Source of the DNA: Chrysomallon squamiferum | Taxonomy: Eukaryota; Animalia; Mollusca | DNA length: 64,000 nucleotides | Direction: 5' to 3' | Assembly (NCBI GenBank): GCA_012295275.1 | Contig: CM022665.1 | Coordinates: 17,360,001 to 17,424,000, forward strand | Part shown: positions 51,124 through 64,000 of the stretch, piece after piece | Numbering within the stretch: the stretch's first letter is position 1 | How the letters are laid out: the number at the start of each line of letters is the position of its first letter | Notes under the pieces: generated by a model | Told to the model about the DNA's origin: nothing | Seen by the model: the letters and a program-made list of their open reading frames with translations, nothing else | Databases searched by the model: none | Made by a program: the position numbers and the translations under genes

Positions 51124-54100
51124 TTATTATTATTTTTTTTTTGTACAAATGTTCACTGAGAAGTTGATAATTTACCTTTCAGCAGATAGTGACTCACTGA
51201 CAGAAGATTCATCTTCTTTGTCCCGAAAAGGAATCAGAAAGAAACCTGTGAGAGAATTGGAAAATATTTCTTCTCAGGGAAGACGGCTAGGTGAGAGAAA
51301 ATTACTTACTACTTTTGTAGTTACTGTTTTTTTACATTGTCATTATTGTTGTTTCTGGTGTTACTGTTGTTATTGTTGGTGACATTGTCATCATCACCAC
51401 CATTGTTGCTGCTGATGTTATTGTTGATAATGACATAGTCATCCTTGTACATCTCTCCTGTTTCCTTTTCTTATTATTATCCTCACTAAAGTATTACACA
51501 TTTCAGCGATTGCATCAAAAATTGTGATAGGTTCTTTCTGGTTTGAATTAAAAAAAAAAGAAAAAAATAGACACAGAGCCACTGATTGGGAAAAAATGGC
51601 AAAAAGTACAGTGAAGTTAGAGTTCCTGTTGCATTCTAGATATTTATTGTTTCTGTTATTTTTTGTTACAGCTCGCCATGAGCAGGTTACTGTTACTCAC
51701 ATCAGTAGTCCAGCAAAGTTCAATGTCCAGAGATTGAAGGACCAAAAGAGCATTGATCTGTTGTCTAAAGCTATAAACAATTGGTGTGAGGTGATTGCAA
51801 CAGAGAAAGATCGACCAGTGAATATAAAAAAAGGTATGTAATAAACATAAGCTGTATTCTCTGTCTTAATACAAGTTACAGTTAGTGTGTTAGGAAATTA
51901 CTTAGAGAAAAAAAAAAACAAAAAAAAACAGGTGTAATCTCACACTTGCATAATAGGATAGGAGCATTTATACAACTCCCCAGTCACTTAACCAGTACAC
52001 CAGTGAAATAAACTGGTATATAATAATTTAGATATTTAATTTTAGCAACATTACTGTAGTTCATGGATGTAAAACGCATAATCATCACACACCTGTTTGG
52101 TTAATTCGATACATTTTTTTTGCTGGCACATTGTTAACATTCACCTCTCCAATTCTTTTTTTCTGTTTCTGGCATATTCTTACATATTTACTTTTCTTGT
52201 TCAAACTATCAGCGAATTTTTGTTTTCTGACAAATATTGAAACATAATTTATATTTACCATACTTTTTTTTTTTTTTTTTTTTACTTGCACTATCTTAGA
52301 CATTTGATTTGGCATTTGCCTACTGTTTTTTTTTTTTTTTTTTTTTTATCCTTATATATTTAGTTTTCCAATTTTTATTTCCCATTCCTAAGATATTTTT
52401 CCTATTCTTACTATGTGTTTGTTTCTGTAGGTGACTATGTTCTGGGGAGGTTCACAGCAGATGATCAGTGGTATCGGTGTATTGTCAAGGGAATTACAAC
52501 AACAACAGAAACTGACTCTGAGGAAGTTTGCACCAAGACTCGCGTAGAAGTGTTGTACTTCGACTATGGAAACACGGAAATTCTGACATTGGACAGGTTG
52601 TAATTACACCATTGTTTATTTCATAATTATTACATTTAATTCATGATGATAGTTTGTTAATTCTGTGAAGGTTTCAGTATTTTTATTTTAGAAGGAAAGA
52701 AGTACTATCATAGGTAGATAATAAAAAATTATTATCTTATTACAGTTATAATTTTGTTACTATATTTGATATTATTGACACTATTTTTGTGTATATTTTT
52801 TGTTATTAACATTATTTACTAGTACTACTACTACTACTATGCTGCTCCTGCTGCTCTTACCTCTACTATTGTTACTACTACTACTACTATTACTACTACC
52901 ACTTCTACAGCTACTTTACTATTATTACAATATTTCAACTGTTATTATTATTACTACAGCTGCAATTAATATTATTAGTTCTGTTGTTTTTTAATTTACT
53001 TTCATTATTGTTAGTTTAGATAATAATATTATCAGCAAAACATTATTATTGTGCATTTTACTAGCATTATTGTTACCATAATCTACATAATTTTGCTGCT
53101 AACTACTACTACAACAACTAATAACACTTATAGTATTGTTAATTTTGCTGTCACGGTTATTATTATTTCTTTAACTACTACTACCACTGCTACCATCACT
53201 TCTACTACTACAACAACAACTACTGCTATTACTAGTACAATTGCTGTTGTTCTTCTCTTTAACAGACTGTACTCAATGCAGCCTCGATTTATGAAGAATG
53301 CTGAATTTATGCTTGAGTGTTCACTCTATGACATTGTACCTGCTGATAAGGTAACAAATAACTTTATTTTCTCAGAGTATGATATGAAATAATTAAATGT
53401 GGATTACTAAAAGTGATAGTGTAATTATTTCTCTGGAAGAATGTCAAACTGCTCTATAAGTAGATAAATTAATATTAACATTCTGGAATGTATTAAATTT
53501 TTGAACATTATATATGTATATATGATTTGACATCTAAGCTGACTTGTTCTTTGTGTGTGTGTGTGTGTGTGTGTGCTTCAGTAGGTGGCATTTGAGCATG
53601 AAAGGTTGTTTTATATGTAACTGAATTATATGGTGTGTGTGTTCATACATTCTGAAAGGTGAAAATAGTGCTTGTGGTATGTTCATGTTTTTCTACAAGA
53701 TATTTAAAATATATATGTCACATCTGTTAGTATATTTAAAATAATATTCTGTATGTGTCATGTTGTTATTTGCAGAGTGGTATTTGGTCTGCAGAGGCAG
53801 TTGAAACATTTCTGAAAATGACAGAGGACAAACCCATGTTAATGACAGTATGTAAATTATTAATATTTTTTTAATTAATGTAAATAAACCCGTGTTAATG
53901 ACAATATGTAAATCATTATTTAATTACTATGTGTGTACGTGAATATAGCCATAACACATTTTATTAATAAGTTTTAGTTCTTACTTCAGATCAGTCTAAC
54001 AGTAGATCATTTAAGAATAAAATAAAATAAAATAAATATAAATATCTGAAGATTTATCAACTTACTGTTTTATTTGCTTTATTTATATTCTGTATAAAAA

Positions 54101-57100
54101 AAGAATAAAAACAATTTTTTTTTTTTTTTTAAATATTTTAAAAACTTTATTATTATTATCTTTTTTTTTTTTTAGGTGGTTCACGACATGGGTAATGTTT
54201 TGCATGTAGATCTACACAAGCCTCAGGAAGAAACAGATTTAGATGATCGCCCAGCATCTGTCCGAGATTGCCTTGTTTTCCTTGAACTTGCCAAGTTTGC
54301 CACATCTGCTGGCCCCAGGGCAATATTTGGTAAGTATCAGTTACAGGTGGATGGTTGTTTAACCCTTTCAGTGTTGTTGGTGAGATATGTTGATATGCTA
54401 GGTGATCACTATTTTAGTGAATTATCTCAGTATTCAAGATCATCATCATTGGTGAGATACCTTGATATCCTAGCAGACCACCCTTGGCATGATACCTCAA
54501 CATAACACACTGGTTTTTGTATAGTGGTTAAAAACAAGTAATTTTCCCCAAAATAACAGGCACCAGGAAGGATGAGTTGCACTAAAATTGGTACTGAAAA
54601 GGTTAATGATGCCTCTTATAACATAACTAAATATCTTCTCACAAACAGTTTAAAACAGCACTTTTATTAATTGAGATAATGTGTTATTTTAAAATATGTC
54701 TGATAAAATAAACACATTTTAATATTTTTGATGTTTTCTGATTCTGTAGTGAAAGCAGGAATACAGTTCAGTGAAAATAGTTTTCCTTTTTTTCCTTTCC
54801 TTTTATTTTCTTCCTTTTCTGCCTTTTCTTTTCTTTCCGTCCTTTTTCTTTCTTACTTTCCTTCTCAATTTATTTTTTAATCTTTAAATTTTTTTTTTGA
54901 TGAATGTGATATCACTTTACAAACTTGCTGTATTTCAGTTCCATCATTCAAGAAGCGAGAGTACATGACAGCACAACCTATAGGATCTGGCGAGACATTT
55001 TTTGGAATGGTTGTCAATTTCAACACCCCTTCCAGTTTTTACATACAGCAGGTTTGTGAAACTAGCTAAAATTAATTTTTTATTTAAGATGACATTGTAT
55101 TATATTTGTTATTTTTGTTATTTATTTTATTTTATTATTATTAATTATTTTATTTTATTTGACTTCATTGTTATTTTTAGTATTATTTTGTAATTTAATT
55201 TTATTTATATACTTTTTCTTACAGCTAAGAATTATTATTTATAATGAAATATTTTTTTTCAATAATCTTGTTAAAACTTTTAAAAACTAGTTTCTGAGAA
55301 ATATGTTGAATGTTTTGTTTTAGGCAGGTGATGAGCAGGATTATTTGTGTAATTTAATGGCTGACATGCAGACCATATACTCGACTACAGGAAACCTGTA
55401 TTCAGTATTCTGTCCACAGATAGGTCTGTTTTTACTTGGTTTTATAAGTTACATGTATTTTGTCTATAGATAGATCTGTTTTTAAATTAAAATGTAGAAT
55501 ATATACTGTATATAAATATGCCTGGTATTACTTGTATGTAGAATGTTACATATATTCTGTCTATACATATTTCTGGTTGTACTTGTATATAGAATACATT
55601 ATATTTATATTGTCTACAAATGTCTTACATTACTATTTACTTACATTTAGAATTAGTTACATATATTTTGTCTATAAATAAGAATGTTTTTACTTGTATA
55701 TCTAAGATATTTTGTATATAAATGAGTCTGTTTTTACTTTTTTGTGGAATAAATTACATATATCTTTCCATAAATATCTCTTGTATGCTGATGTATTATA
55801 ATTTCAAAAAGAAAATAAATTCTAATTATGATAATAAATTACTCTATGTTACTGCCTAATAAACTCAACATGCTGGATACCGCCTGTATTACAGGTATGG
55901 TGTGTGCTGCCCAGTATTCTGTGGATGATTTCTGGTACCGAGCAATGGTAGTTGGGTTGCCTGGGGGCAGGCAAGTTGACATTCTCTATGTTGACTTTGG
56001 AATAAAAGAGAGAATTTCTTATTTAAAAATTAAGAAACTCCTTGATGCACATTTAAAACTTCCACCACTGGTAAGCATAACATTAATGAAAACTAAAGGT
56101 TATAAATGAAATAGTGAAATGTGTTATATAGTGTTTGTTGGTAATTTCCATCTGATGATGAAACTTTCTGTAAATGTTAATGCAGTGGGGGTTTTTAAAT
56201 ACAGTATAACAGACTTTTACAATATATTTTATTATTTGTTTTATTAGTACTAGCAAGCCACCTTTGCTAATAATAAATAAAGCATTTGTTTTATATGGTT
56301 GTTTCTTTTCTTTATACGTTTCTTTGGTTTTGTGACAGATAATTTGTTTTCTTTTTTTTTATCTCAAATTTAAAATAACACAAATATTTATTTTTTATTT
56401 TTTGTGGTATCTCATTTTTGAAATAACAGTTTTTTATTTTTTTTATTATGTTTCATTTTTAAATAAATAATTTCTTTGCTGTTTTTTAATATCTCATTTT
56501 TAAAATAAAACAAATTAGTTTTTTCTTTTTGGTAATTTTTCCTTTTTGAAATTGAAATATAAATTATTTTATTTTTTCCTTTTTGTAACATCTTGTTTTA
56601 AAAACATCTGCTTTCCATTCAGGCACATCACTGTGAACTGGCTGATGTGGTACCTATAGATACTGAAGCCATCTGGAGCACAGAGGTCAGTGACATTTTG
56701 ATTTTATTGTAATGGGAATAGAAGCAGCTGGTATTATTTGTTTTACTTACTTTGTGTAGTGAAAGTGATGACAAAATAGCCACATTTTCGTATAACACTA
56801 TACATAAATAATAAATTAAAAAATGAATAAAAAATAATATATTTAAATTATGTTTATCTGTTTCTTAATAATTTTGTGAATGATGGTTACAGTTAATATT
56901 CTCTTTACAGGCCTGTACTTGGTGGACAGAGGCAGTGAAACTGAAAAAATTCTTGATAAAGGTCACTGGTAAGAAACAAGAGTATTTCTTTAACAAAAAT
57001 ATTTCTTTATAAAATTTGATAACATTATAACTGGAAAAATATTGTAATCGAGTATTATGAAATATCAGGATAAATTTAAAAAAATATATATATCTAAACA

Positions 57101-60100
57101 GTATTTTATAAATAATTTCTCTTAAAGGAACCAAACACATGCACACAAACACAAAGAAAAGAAAAAGAAAAAACAGTGTCAGTTTTGTTTTTCAGATTTG
57201 CAGGATGAGAAACTGTCTGTGGTTCTCTGTCAGGTTCATCCTACAGATATGACAATTCTGGGTTTCAGCATCAACTACTTTCTGGTGGAAAACAACTTTG
57301 CTAAAAGCACAGGGAAATGGTCGGTATTAGAAAAGTTTCTTTCAGAAAAATATCAGTTAAAAATTGAAGATTATTATTACTGATATTTCTGTTGTCAAAA
57401 AAATAATAAACAACATATTGAATTAAGAATATTTTAGGTAATTTAAATAACCCCAATAAAACAGTTTTTATTATTATTATTTTTTTATTATTATGCTGTT
57501 GAGAGTTCTGTAGTCATAAACATTTTCTGTGAATGTATATATGGAGTTTGTAGATGGAAAACATCACCAAAAAAATTACACATTATTGGCATTTTTTGTC
57601 GGTGTGTGGGGGATGGTTTGTAGGTTAGGGTCATTTCAGAGGGAGGGAGGAAATATCAAATTCAGATGACTTGAAATGTTGCAAGATATTTTATAGAAGA
57701 AGTAAGACAACAAATATGTTTTAAAATGTGATGATATTTAACATCCGAGGAAAAACCAAATCCTAAATTTCTGTTTTCAGTTTGTAAATGTGTAATGTCA
57801 TAGAAAATCTTTTTTGGTTTCCATGGTGTAGGTCGTGTGCCAATTGTCCTGAGATGCCTCCAGATTTGTCTACCCCTTATTTCAGAAACTTTGAAACAAA
57901 AGGTTCTGCAAAATATGAGCAGGTTTGTGTTACCTTATTTGAAGAATTAATCTACTGTCATTGAATGGTTTATGGAGATACTTGGTTTAGTAAGAATGAT
58001 CACATTATAAACATCTTCTTTTGAAGAAGAGCATCTACCAATTCTCAAGTGATTTAGGTTAATTTTTCGGTACTTAATCATGAATTAATGTAACTTTAAG
58101 GGACACATTAGACAAAGAATGACAAAATTTGAAGTAAAAAAATAGTTTTTGAGTTTTTGACATGACCATTAAAAACAGTTATTCAGGTTTCTTTAATACA
58201 AGTTAAAAAGCCCAAATAAATTTAATTATTTGCAAAAAAAATGCATTTTGTGAGGTGCCTGTCATTGAAGTTTATGTATTTTAGTCAAATTCTGTATTTA
58301 TTTCTGGGTTATATTTTTGATGCATGTTTCTCGAAACCTCCATGAAATTTGACATTCTGCATACCATTGGAAAGCCCCATTTTTGCAGAGAATTATGGGA
58401 ACAATGTTCTAAAAATATTTATTTAGTGCACCCCAACCTGACAATACAACAGAAAAAATTAAGATAGTATCACCCATGGATTGGTCATATGATATCACAT
58501 GACCTGTTGCCACATTCTGATTGGTTCATACTGTATTTCAGCATTATTTCCGGTGATATTATTTACATCTGTTCATTGATTCCCACCCCCACCCCCGTGC
58601 ACATTGTTTGAGATTTAAATTCTCAAAATTATGGAGACTTACTGTGGAAATAAAACCAGTACAAAACATAAATTTGGGAAGCAGAAGCTATCTTGCAATA
58701 AACAATTACAATGTGCACAAGAAAAATTGCAGAAAAAGCGAGGTCATTGAGGAAATGGAATTTAGTCACTGCTGGAGATTGGCAAGAACCAGGACCTTCC
58801 CCACCGACTTCCAAAACAAAATTGGAACATATTTTGGAAATCGAAGATGAAGAAGCAGATCATCATCCATTTGTTACTGATGACAACTGTCTTTTTGTGC
58901 AGGTGACATATTCAGACTCCTCATGTAATGGAACATTAACTGTTGATGTATGTGATCAGTTGAAAGGCCCTGTCGTCTAACTGCAGACACTTGTGCCACT
59001 TGTGAAAAGGTACACACTCAGACATTGTCATCAAATCATGTAGGTGGCCAGGGAAACAGATTTCCTTTCATCACCATCAGACCAAGAACCACATCATGAT
59101 CATTGTCCAAAGGGTCCTTCCAGTGGGTGTTTTTATCAGTAAGCATTGGCTGTGGGTGAACAAGCAGGCAACCATGCTGAAAATGGGAGAACACCACTTT
59201 TCAAGGAAGTTGGGCAGTTTGTTAAGCCAATACACATTTGACTTGGTGATGAAAACCTGTTATGTCAGTATACAAAAGGGAACCCAAAAGATAGACTTTG
59301 TGGGAAAATTAAGATAGGACAGTGGGGTTGCAGGGGCAGTGAGTGAATTACAATGCAGTAGCAGCACTGGGTTTACAAAAGTGAGTGGAGCTGCTATGAA
59401 ACTAACCCATTCAGAGGATTCTGAATTAATCCACATGATGGAAAGAAAATTGCTGTAATCCAAAAAAAGACAAAGTGAACAAAGACATTTGAAAAGGATT
59501 CAGCAACATGAAATGCTTGCTGCAGGTGAAGGTGAACCTTCATATGCAGCTGGAGAATTTAAAATGTGAATATGTGATTATAACTTTCAAGTTACAAATG
59601 TGAACTAACTGTTATTGGACTATACATAATGTAACAATAATGTGTATTAAAAAAATGGGTTTTTTAGATAAATGTTTCAGGGTTTTTTTTTTCAGAAGGA
59701 AATACATACACACAGTTATAATAAATAAACATAATATTACCCCTGTAGCTAGAATAAGTGGAAATATAGTTATAAAACTTTATTTGCTGTTTTCTCACAT
59801 TTCATTTTTCATACTTTTCTAAATTTTTGGTATAACTTTTATAAAGTGTCTGGTATAAAATTATGTGAGTGAAAAAAGGTAACATTTTTCTTTTTTAAAT
59901 ATTTCTTTTGAAGCATTTAAAAAAAAGGCTAATTTCATTCTGCCATTTTGTAGAAATACCTGTTTGTTATGAACCCCAGCAGTTTGAATGATATATATAT
60001 TGGTTTGGGTTGGAGAGGTTCATGATAATATTAAAAACAAAAGTAACCATTTGTCATAAAAGAATAAACTGGTACTAGTGTTTTAAGGTAACAAATGGGG

Positions 60101-63100
60101 ATTATTTCCATCAAGTTTCCATTCTATAACACAAAAAAATAATGATTTTGGATTTTCACTGCACGTGTGCCCTTAATTTTTACATCCATATTCTGAATTA
60201 GTTTAAGCTTAATTTTTATATCCATATTCTGAATTAATTTAAATCAATTTTGCTGCATCTACATCCAGAATTAACTTCAGGTTAATTTTTCTGTTTTTAT
60301 ATTCTGAATTCATTTAAGCTTAATTTTTCTTATCAATATCCTGTCCTGAGATGATAGCTTATGCCACTGTATTATTATAAAGAAATGTACTCATTCAGTT
60401 AAAAATGTTTTAATTAATTGGATGTTTTTAACATGTTAGAATGTCTTTCTTTATTTTTTTATTTTTTATTGCTTTGTGTTTTGGTAAAATTAAAAATTTA
60501 ATTAATCAAATGTTGTCATTTGAGGGGGGGTTTTGTTTGGTTTTTTGTGTATAACTAAAGATTTAAATCCTTTGATGTGGATGTTGTTGCCCTGCTCAAT
60601 ATTATAATTTTTAATTTTAATTTTTTGTTTTGTAAAACTACAGTAATTATTGAATATCTTTATATTTTCAGGCAATGAAAGGAGAGCCAGCTGCTTCTGA
60701 GCATTTTTTCCCAACCCGGCCAATTAGCACTTCATCAGGTAAACAATCCCACAAAGACATTACCACAGATTTACAGGCCGGGGGAGAAACCAGTGCTGTA
60801 AATGTCTGCTATGAGTTCAGAGACTCATATGTGCCAAAGCCTGTTACCAAGGAAACAGACAATGTTGTTGTAGTGGGACCACTGACAAATGATGATGATG
60901 CATCTCCAGGAGGCAATACGAGGATTACATATTTGAGTAATGACAAGAAAACAGTTCATCCATCAAATGTCTGTAATACAAACAAATCTAATGTAGAAAG
61001 TAATACATCTACAAACACAAAAGTGCATGCTAATGATAATATTTCAAATTCCAGTAATGTTGCTGAATCAGAAGGTAAGAAAGGGACAGATGTTGAAAAG
61101 ATGAAGTCAGAGAGGGGTGATTCTAAACAAAAAGAGACTGATGATGAGGGAAAGAATAAAACAAAAACATCAGAGATTCAAGTAGAAATTGTTGTCGCCC
61201 AGTATGAGTCACCTGCTGATTTTAGTGTCCAGATAGCCAACTCCGGATTGGAGGAGCTAGTCAGGTGAATTTGTGTGTTCGTGTATGTGTGTCAATACTT
61301 GTCTCTCTTAAATTGGCTTAGCTTTAGAATAAAAATTATAACAATAACAGTAGTAATGATGATCATAATAATCAGAGGAAGAAGAAGAAGATATCCCATG
61401 GATTTTCACAAGTGAAGTTTATTAGCACTAAAATAAAAATCCCTAAACAAGATATTCATACATTAATACTATAGAGAAATGAAATCTGTAGAGTTTTATT
61501 TAAAAATTCACAAAATTTAAAACTTACAGTTATATAATGAAACAACCAAACAGTCAGTGAGAGAGAAATCTAACAGGCTACTTTGTTTTCATTTAATAGA
61601 AACAATTTTTTTTTTTTTTTTATGCACCTTCCAGTGAGTGGGTATTTCAATTGACCAGATATTACATCCTAGAGGCTATGATAATCTTGTTGTTTGGCAC
61701 TAGATTGGATCAGAAATGTACATTATTATAATGCTTTGTTTTTTAGACTGATGGGAAGGTTACAGTCACAGTTTCAGAAGTCTCAACCTATATTCAGAGC
61801 TTGGACAAAAAATGATTTTTGTGTTGCAAGGTTCAGTGATGGTCTCTGGTACAGGTCCAAAATACTCAACATCCTTCCAGACAACTTCTACAAGGTAACA
61901 TTTGTCTTACAATATCAGATTTCCAAGTTTGTAATTTCATTATCAGTGGTCTCCCCAGCATTTGTCAAAGGGATGGTGGGAATGGGTGTGACTGGTGCAA
62001 GTTAATGAAGGGATGGTACAGAACATTTTTAGGGTACAAGTACTTTGAACAATATTCAAATTACTTGTTTGTCAAAAATACTCCTATAAATAATTGCATC
62101 AGATGTATTAAATATTAACAAGTTTATTTTATTTGCAATTAAATAAAATCAAAGTGTCTGTTCCCAGCAAGTTTTGTCTGGTTGTTCTGTGAATTATATT
62201 CTTTACATAACTTTGTCTAATTGCATTCAGGATCCTTCCATTTATTTGTTCTTCAGATGTAATAATCTACCTGAGATGATTTTTAAAAAGAGTGACTATA
62301 TTCTTTGATTCTTCTGTATGATAATTTGATTTATTTCTTATAATGTTAAAGTTTATGATGGAGATAACAAACAGCTTATATATATTTTCTACACTAGCAA
62401 ATATTTTGTTACTAATGACAACTAGTGTTTGTTAATAATTAAAGGATCAATTGTGACTGATGGAAAAAACTATTTTTTTTTTTTTTTTTTTTTTTTGTTT
62501 ACTCATTATATCATATCCCACAGAGCAAAACATCTTTTACATAACACTTTTTAATTTTTAATTTTTATTTAATGATATTTCTAATGGACGTAAACTTCAT
62601 TTTTCATTTATAAAAATAAAATCATTATTTATGACAGGTTTTTTTTGTGGACTACGGGTTTGTTCAGACTGTTCCAAGTTCAGATTTGCGTATCCTCGAT
62701 AATAATGACCGCAGCCTACCATGTAAGGCTCTGAAGTGCCATCTAGCAGACGTTATATCTGCTGGTTCTGTGTCATCAGATGTGAACAGATGGTCACAGA
62801 CGGCAAGTGAGTACATGAAGGAAGCCATTGCTAACAAGATTCTCTACATTAAACAAAAGGTATTTTCCTTAACACTATTTTTGATAATGTTTCATTTTAT
62901 TTAAAATAGTTCAAAAGCAGAATGGCAAATACTGACTTGTACACAAAAGATATTGGTTAAAAATGATAAAGTATTAACCTGTAAAGAAACAATAATTGAT
63001 ACAAATGTGGGAATGAATATTTGTTAACAATACATTTTTATTACTGTTAGATGTAAAAGTCTGTTTCTGTTACATAATAATTTTTTTCTTTAGTTTTTTC

Positions 63101-64000
63101 TTAAAATGTTTATTCAATATATGGCACTTTTTACAAACATTTTTTATAAACTAAACAGAATTTAACAGTAATATTTTGTAATAAAAGTTAATTTTTAATG
63201 CAAAATATCCTTTTTATGTTTTTATTATCTGATTTGAGATGTATTGACTGTTGCTATCAATCTTCAAGAGGATATTTGTCTTTTAAATGATTTTCTTTTA
63301 AAGTGATAAAATAATTGTTTTCTGTATATGTATAATAATGATATTAGAGAAACCCACTGCCACCATTTCTAAGACTTTTTTTTTTGATTAGCAACAAAAG
63401 ATCTTTTATGCTTACTGTCTTATGACATTTATAGCTAGAATGGGAAAATCAATGCAAGATAATAGCTAGTGTGAAAAAAACAAAAACAAAAAAAAAACAG
63501 AAAGAAAAAGAACTTAAAACTGAAAAAAAACAACTTCAAAATGAATTTAAAAAAAAAAAAATGAGCTTAAAAATAAATGAAAAATAATAGTAATAAAAAT
63601 AAAATAAAATAAAATCATTAAAAAACCCAAGAAAACCAATGAAATTTAAGTAAATCAAATTAGATATTTTATATAATGGAAAGGTGTAGATAAAAAGTTT
63701 TTGCTGCTGTGCTGTTGGGATAACTCATATGTTACCAACAATACATTTAATTATATCCTCTCAGATCTTACTCTTGCAAAAACAGAGTAGCTGATGATAA
63801 AATGAATTATTGTGAATACAGTAACAGGAGATATAATATTATTGAAACATACTAATGATAGAAAAATTATTGTGACATACATGTGTCTCTGGTGATAGAA
63901 AATGATTCTTCTATTGTTAAACATGATTTTAACTCTTTCTCTCAGGCTAATGTGGTAGACGGAGATGTTCCCAGTCTGCCTGTAGACATTCTGATTGAGG
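37280..64000 (+). CDS. RNF17: RNF17/TDRD4 (Qin/Kumo-like) RING-Bbox-Bbox-coiled coil-multi-Tudor protein, about 1,260 aa visible, continues past the window end
   Basis: Exons 37280-37337, 38107-38225, 38680-38783, 39122-39192, 39850-39938, 40358-40425, 43010-43157, 44256-44336, 44529-44629, 45917-45983, 46257-46305, 46974-47106, 47460-47531, 50416-50549, 51183-51290, 51672-51833, 52431-52596, 53266-53350, 53776-53847, 54176-54329, 54939-55051, 55324-55423, 55895-56070, 56623-56685, 56911-56968, 57196-57319, 57832-57922, 60672-61264, 61747-61894, 62638-62859 and 63946 onward join in frame with GT-AG introns. RING plus B-boxes plus several extended Tudor domains is the RNF17/Qin architecture. 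Confidence 0.88.
39850..43157 (+). CDS. RNF17: B-box 1 and B-box 2 exons
   Basis: CFECQINTANCQCKKCDCFMCGLCFNK|VHSSSNTLKQHQAVP and CLLHESRPIEYFCEDDETAICSRCVIMGDHKGHSI. Confidence 0.9.
44678..44968 (+). mobile_element. Tigger4/Zombi (MER46)-like pogo MITE, degraded
   Basis: TA|CAGGTTGA...TTATCCAAAATGCTTGGGATTAGAAGTTCTTTTGGATTTCAGAATGTTTCAGATTTTGGAATAT...AAGTCTAAACACAAATT...AAAGTTTGTGTA...GGATTTTGGAGC...GGATACCTACTTG|TA. It is collinear with my recollection of the Tigger4 consensus. Confidence 0.65.
47710..49852. mobile_element. About 2.1-kb non-autonomous DNA transposon with short TIRs, superfamily uncertain
   Basis: Left end TAGGTACTGCCAGCC versus right end (reverse complement) TAGGTACCGGCAGGC. 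Direct repeat TACATTAT at 47702-47709 and 49851-49858. Subterminal TCAAATGAAAG/CTTTCAAAT (about 48140) and TCATTTGAAAG (about 49480). Confidence 0.6.
50760..50990. repeat. About 59-bp degenerate tandem repeat, about 4 copies
   Basis: ACATCTGAACA..ATGAAA..GAT..TTGATAAATCATTA recurs at about 50766, 50823, 50881 and 50940. Confidence 0.75.
51672..54329 (+). CDS. RNF17: Extended Tudor domain 1 exons
   Basis: VTVTHISSPAKFNVQ...GDYVLGRFTADDQWYRCIV...VEVLYFDYGNTE...LECSLYDIVP...WSAEAVETF. Confidence 0.9.
52800..53250. repeat. Low-complexity (ACT/ATT)n intronic tract
   Basis: Degenerate trinucleotide runs that give spurious poly-Leu and poly-Thr ORFs. Confidence 0.85.
54939..57319 (+). CDS. RNF17: Extended Tudor domain 2 exons
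   Basis: VVNFNTPSSFYIQ...GMVCAAQYSVDDFWYRAMV...VDILYVDFGIKE...AHHCELADVVP...WSTEAC. Confidence 0.9.
58100..60172 (+). mobile_element. Internally deleted, degraded Kolobok DNA transposon in an RNF17-like intron
   Basis: TTAA at 58096-99 and 60173-76. Ends GGGACAC and (reverse complement) GGGCACAC. Transposase remnants: SSPSDQEPHHDHCPKGPSSGCFYQ* (59068-59140), KIDFVGKLR*DSGVAGAVSE, and a C-terminal EGEPSYAAGEF. These match my recollection of the H-x2-CP-x-G-x2-SWC-x-YQ and EG-x2-3-Y-x-AG-x-F hallmarks. Confidence 0.75.
60173..60330. repeat. About 37-bp degenerate tandem repeat, about 4 copies, abutting the Kolobok end
   Basis: TTAATTTTTA(C/T)ATCCATATTCTGAATTA.TTTAA recurs. Confidence 0.7.
61180..62859 (+). 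CDS. RNF17: Extended Tudor domain 3 exons
   Basis: VVAQYESPADFSVQ...NDFCVARFSDGLWYRSKI...KVFFVDYGFVQ...ALKCHLADV...WSQTASEYM. Confidence 0.9.
63348..63422 (+). mobile_element. Possible degraded fragment of a gastropod-type SINE-like repeat
   Basis: GAAACCCACTGCCACCA...GATTAGCAACAAAAGATCTTTTATG resembles a recalled abundant mollusc repeat (AAACCCGCTG.CGCCAC...GATTAGCAGCAAGGGATCTTTTATATG). It is short and unverified. Confidence 0.3.

Overview
AT-rich, intron-dense animal genomic DNA, probably a mollusc or other lophotrochozoan (inferred from repeat motifs, not proven). It is not prokaryotic, so most ORFs in the track are microsatellite artefacts or exons read through into introns. Two large + strand genes can be rebuilt by hand with canonical GT-AG splice sites and open frames. 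(1) An RNF213/mysterin-like E3 ligase gene, 25 coding exons at 12055-35802 (about 1,870 aa). It encodes a double zinc ribbon, a 10x decapeptide repeat, a CBM20-like domain and the stalk, with an apparent UBA-like insertion, and breaks off before the AAA+ core at a 200-N gap (36654-36853). (2) An RNF17/TDRD4/Qin-like piRNA-pathway gene (RING, two B-boxes, coiled coil, at least 3 Tudor domains), 31 exons from 37280 running off the window end. The introns hold several DNA-transposon relics: a Tc2-like MITE, a Tigger4/Zombi-like MITE, a 2.1-kb TIR element and a deleted Kolobok element. There is also a perfect 67-bp inverted duplication. The first 8.4 kb contains a 101-bp hairpin-forming tandem repeat and a chain of exon-like segments with in-frame stops (possible decayed gene). 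No clearly new biological system can be shown from the sequence alone. The best leads are the UBA-bearing RNF213, the decayed gene and the Tigger4-like element. All homology statements come from recalled family motifs, not from database searches.
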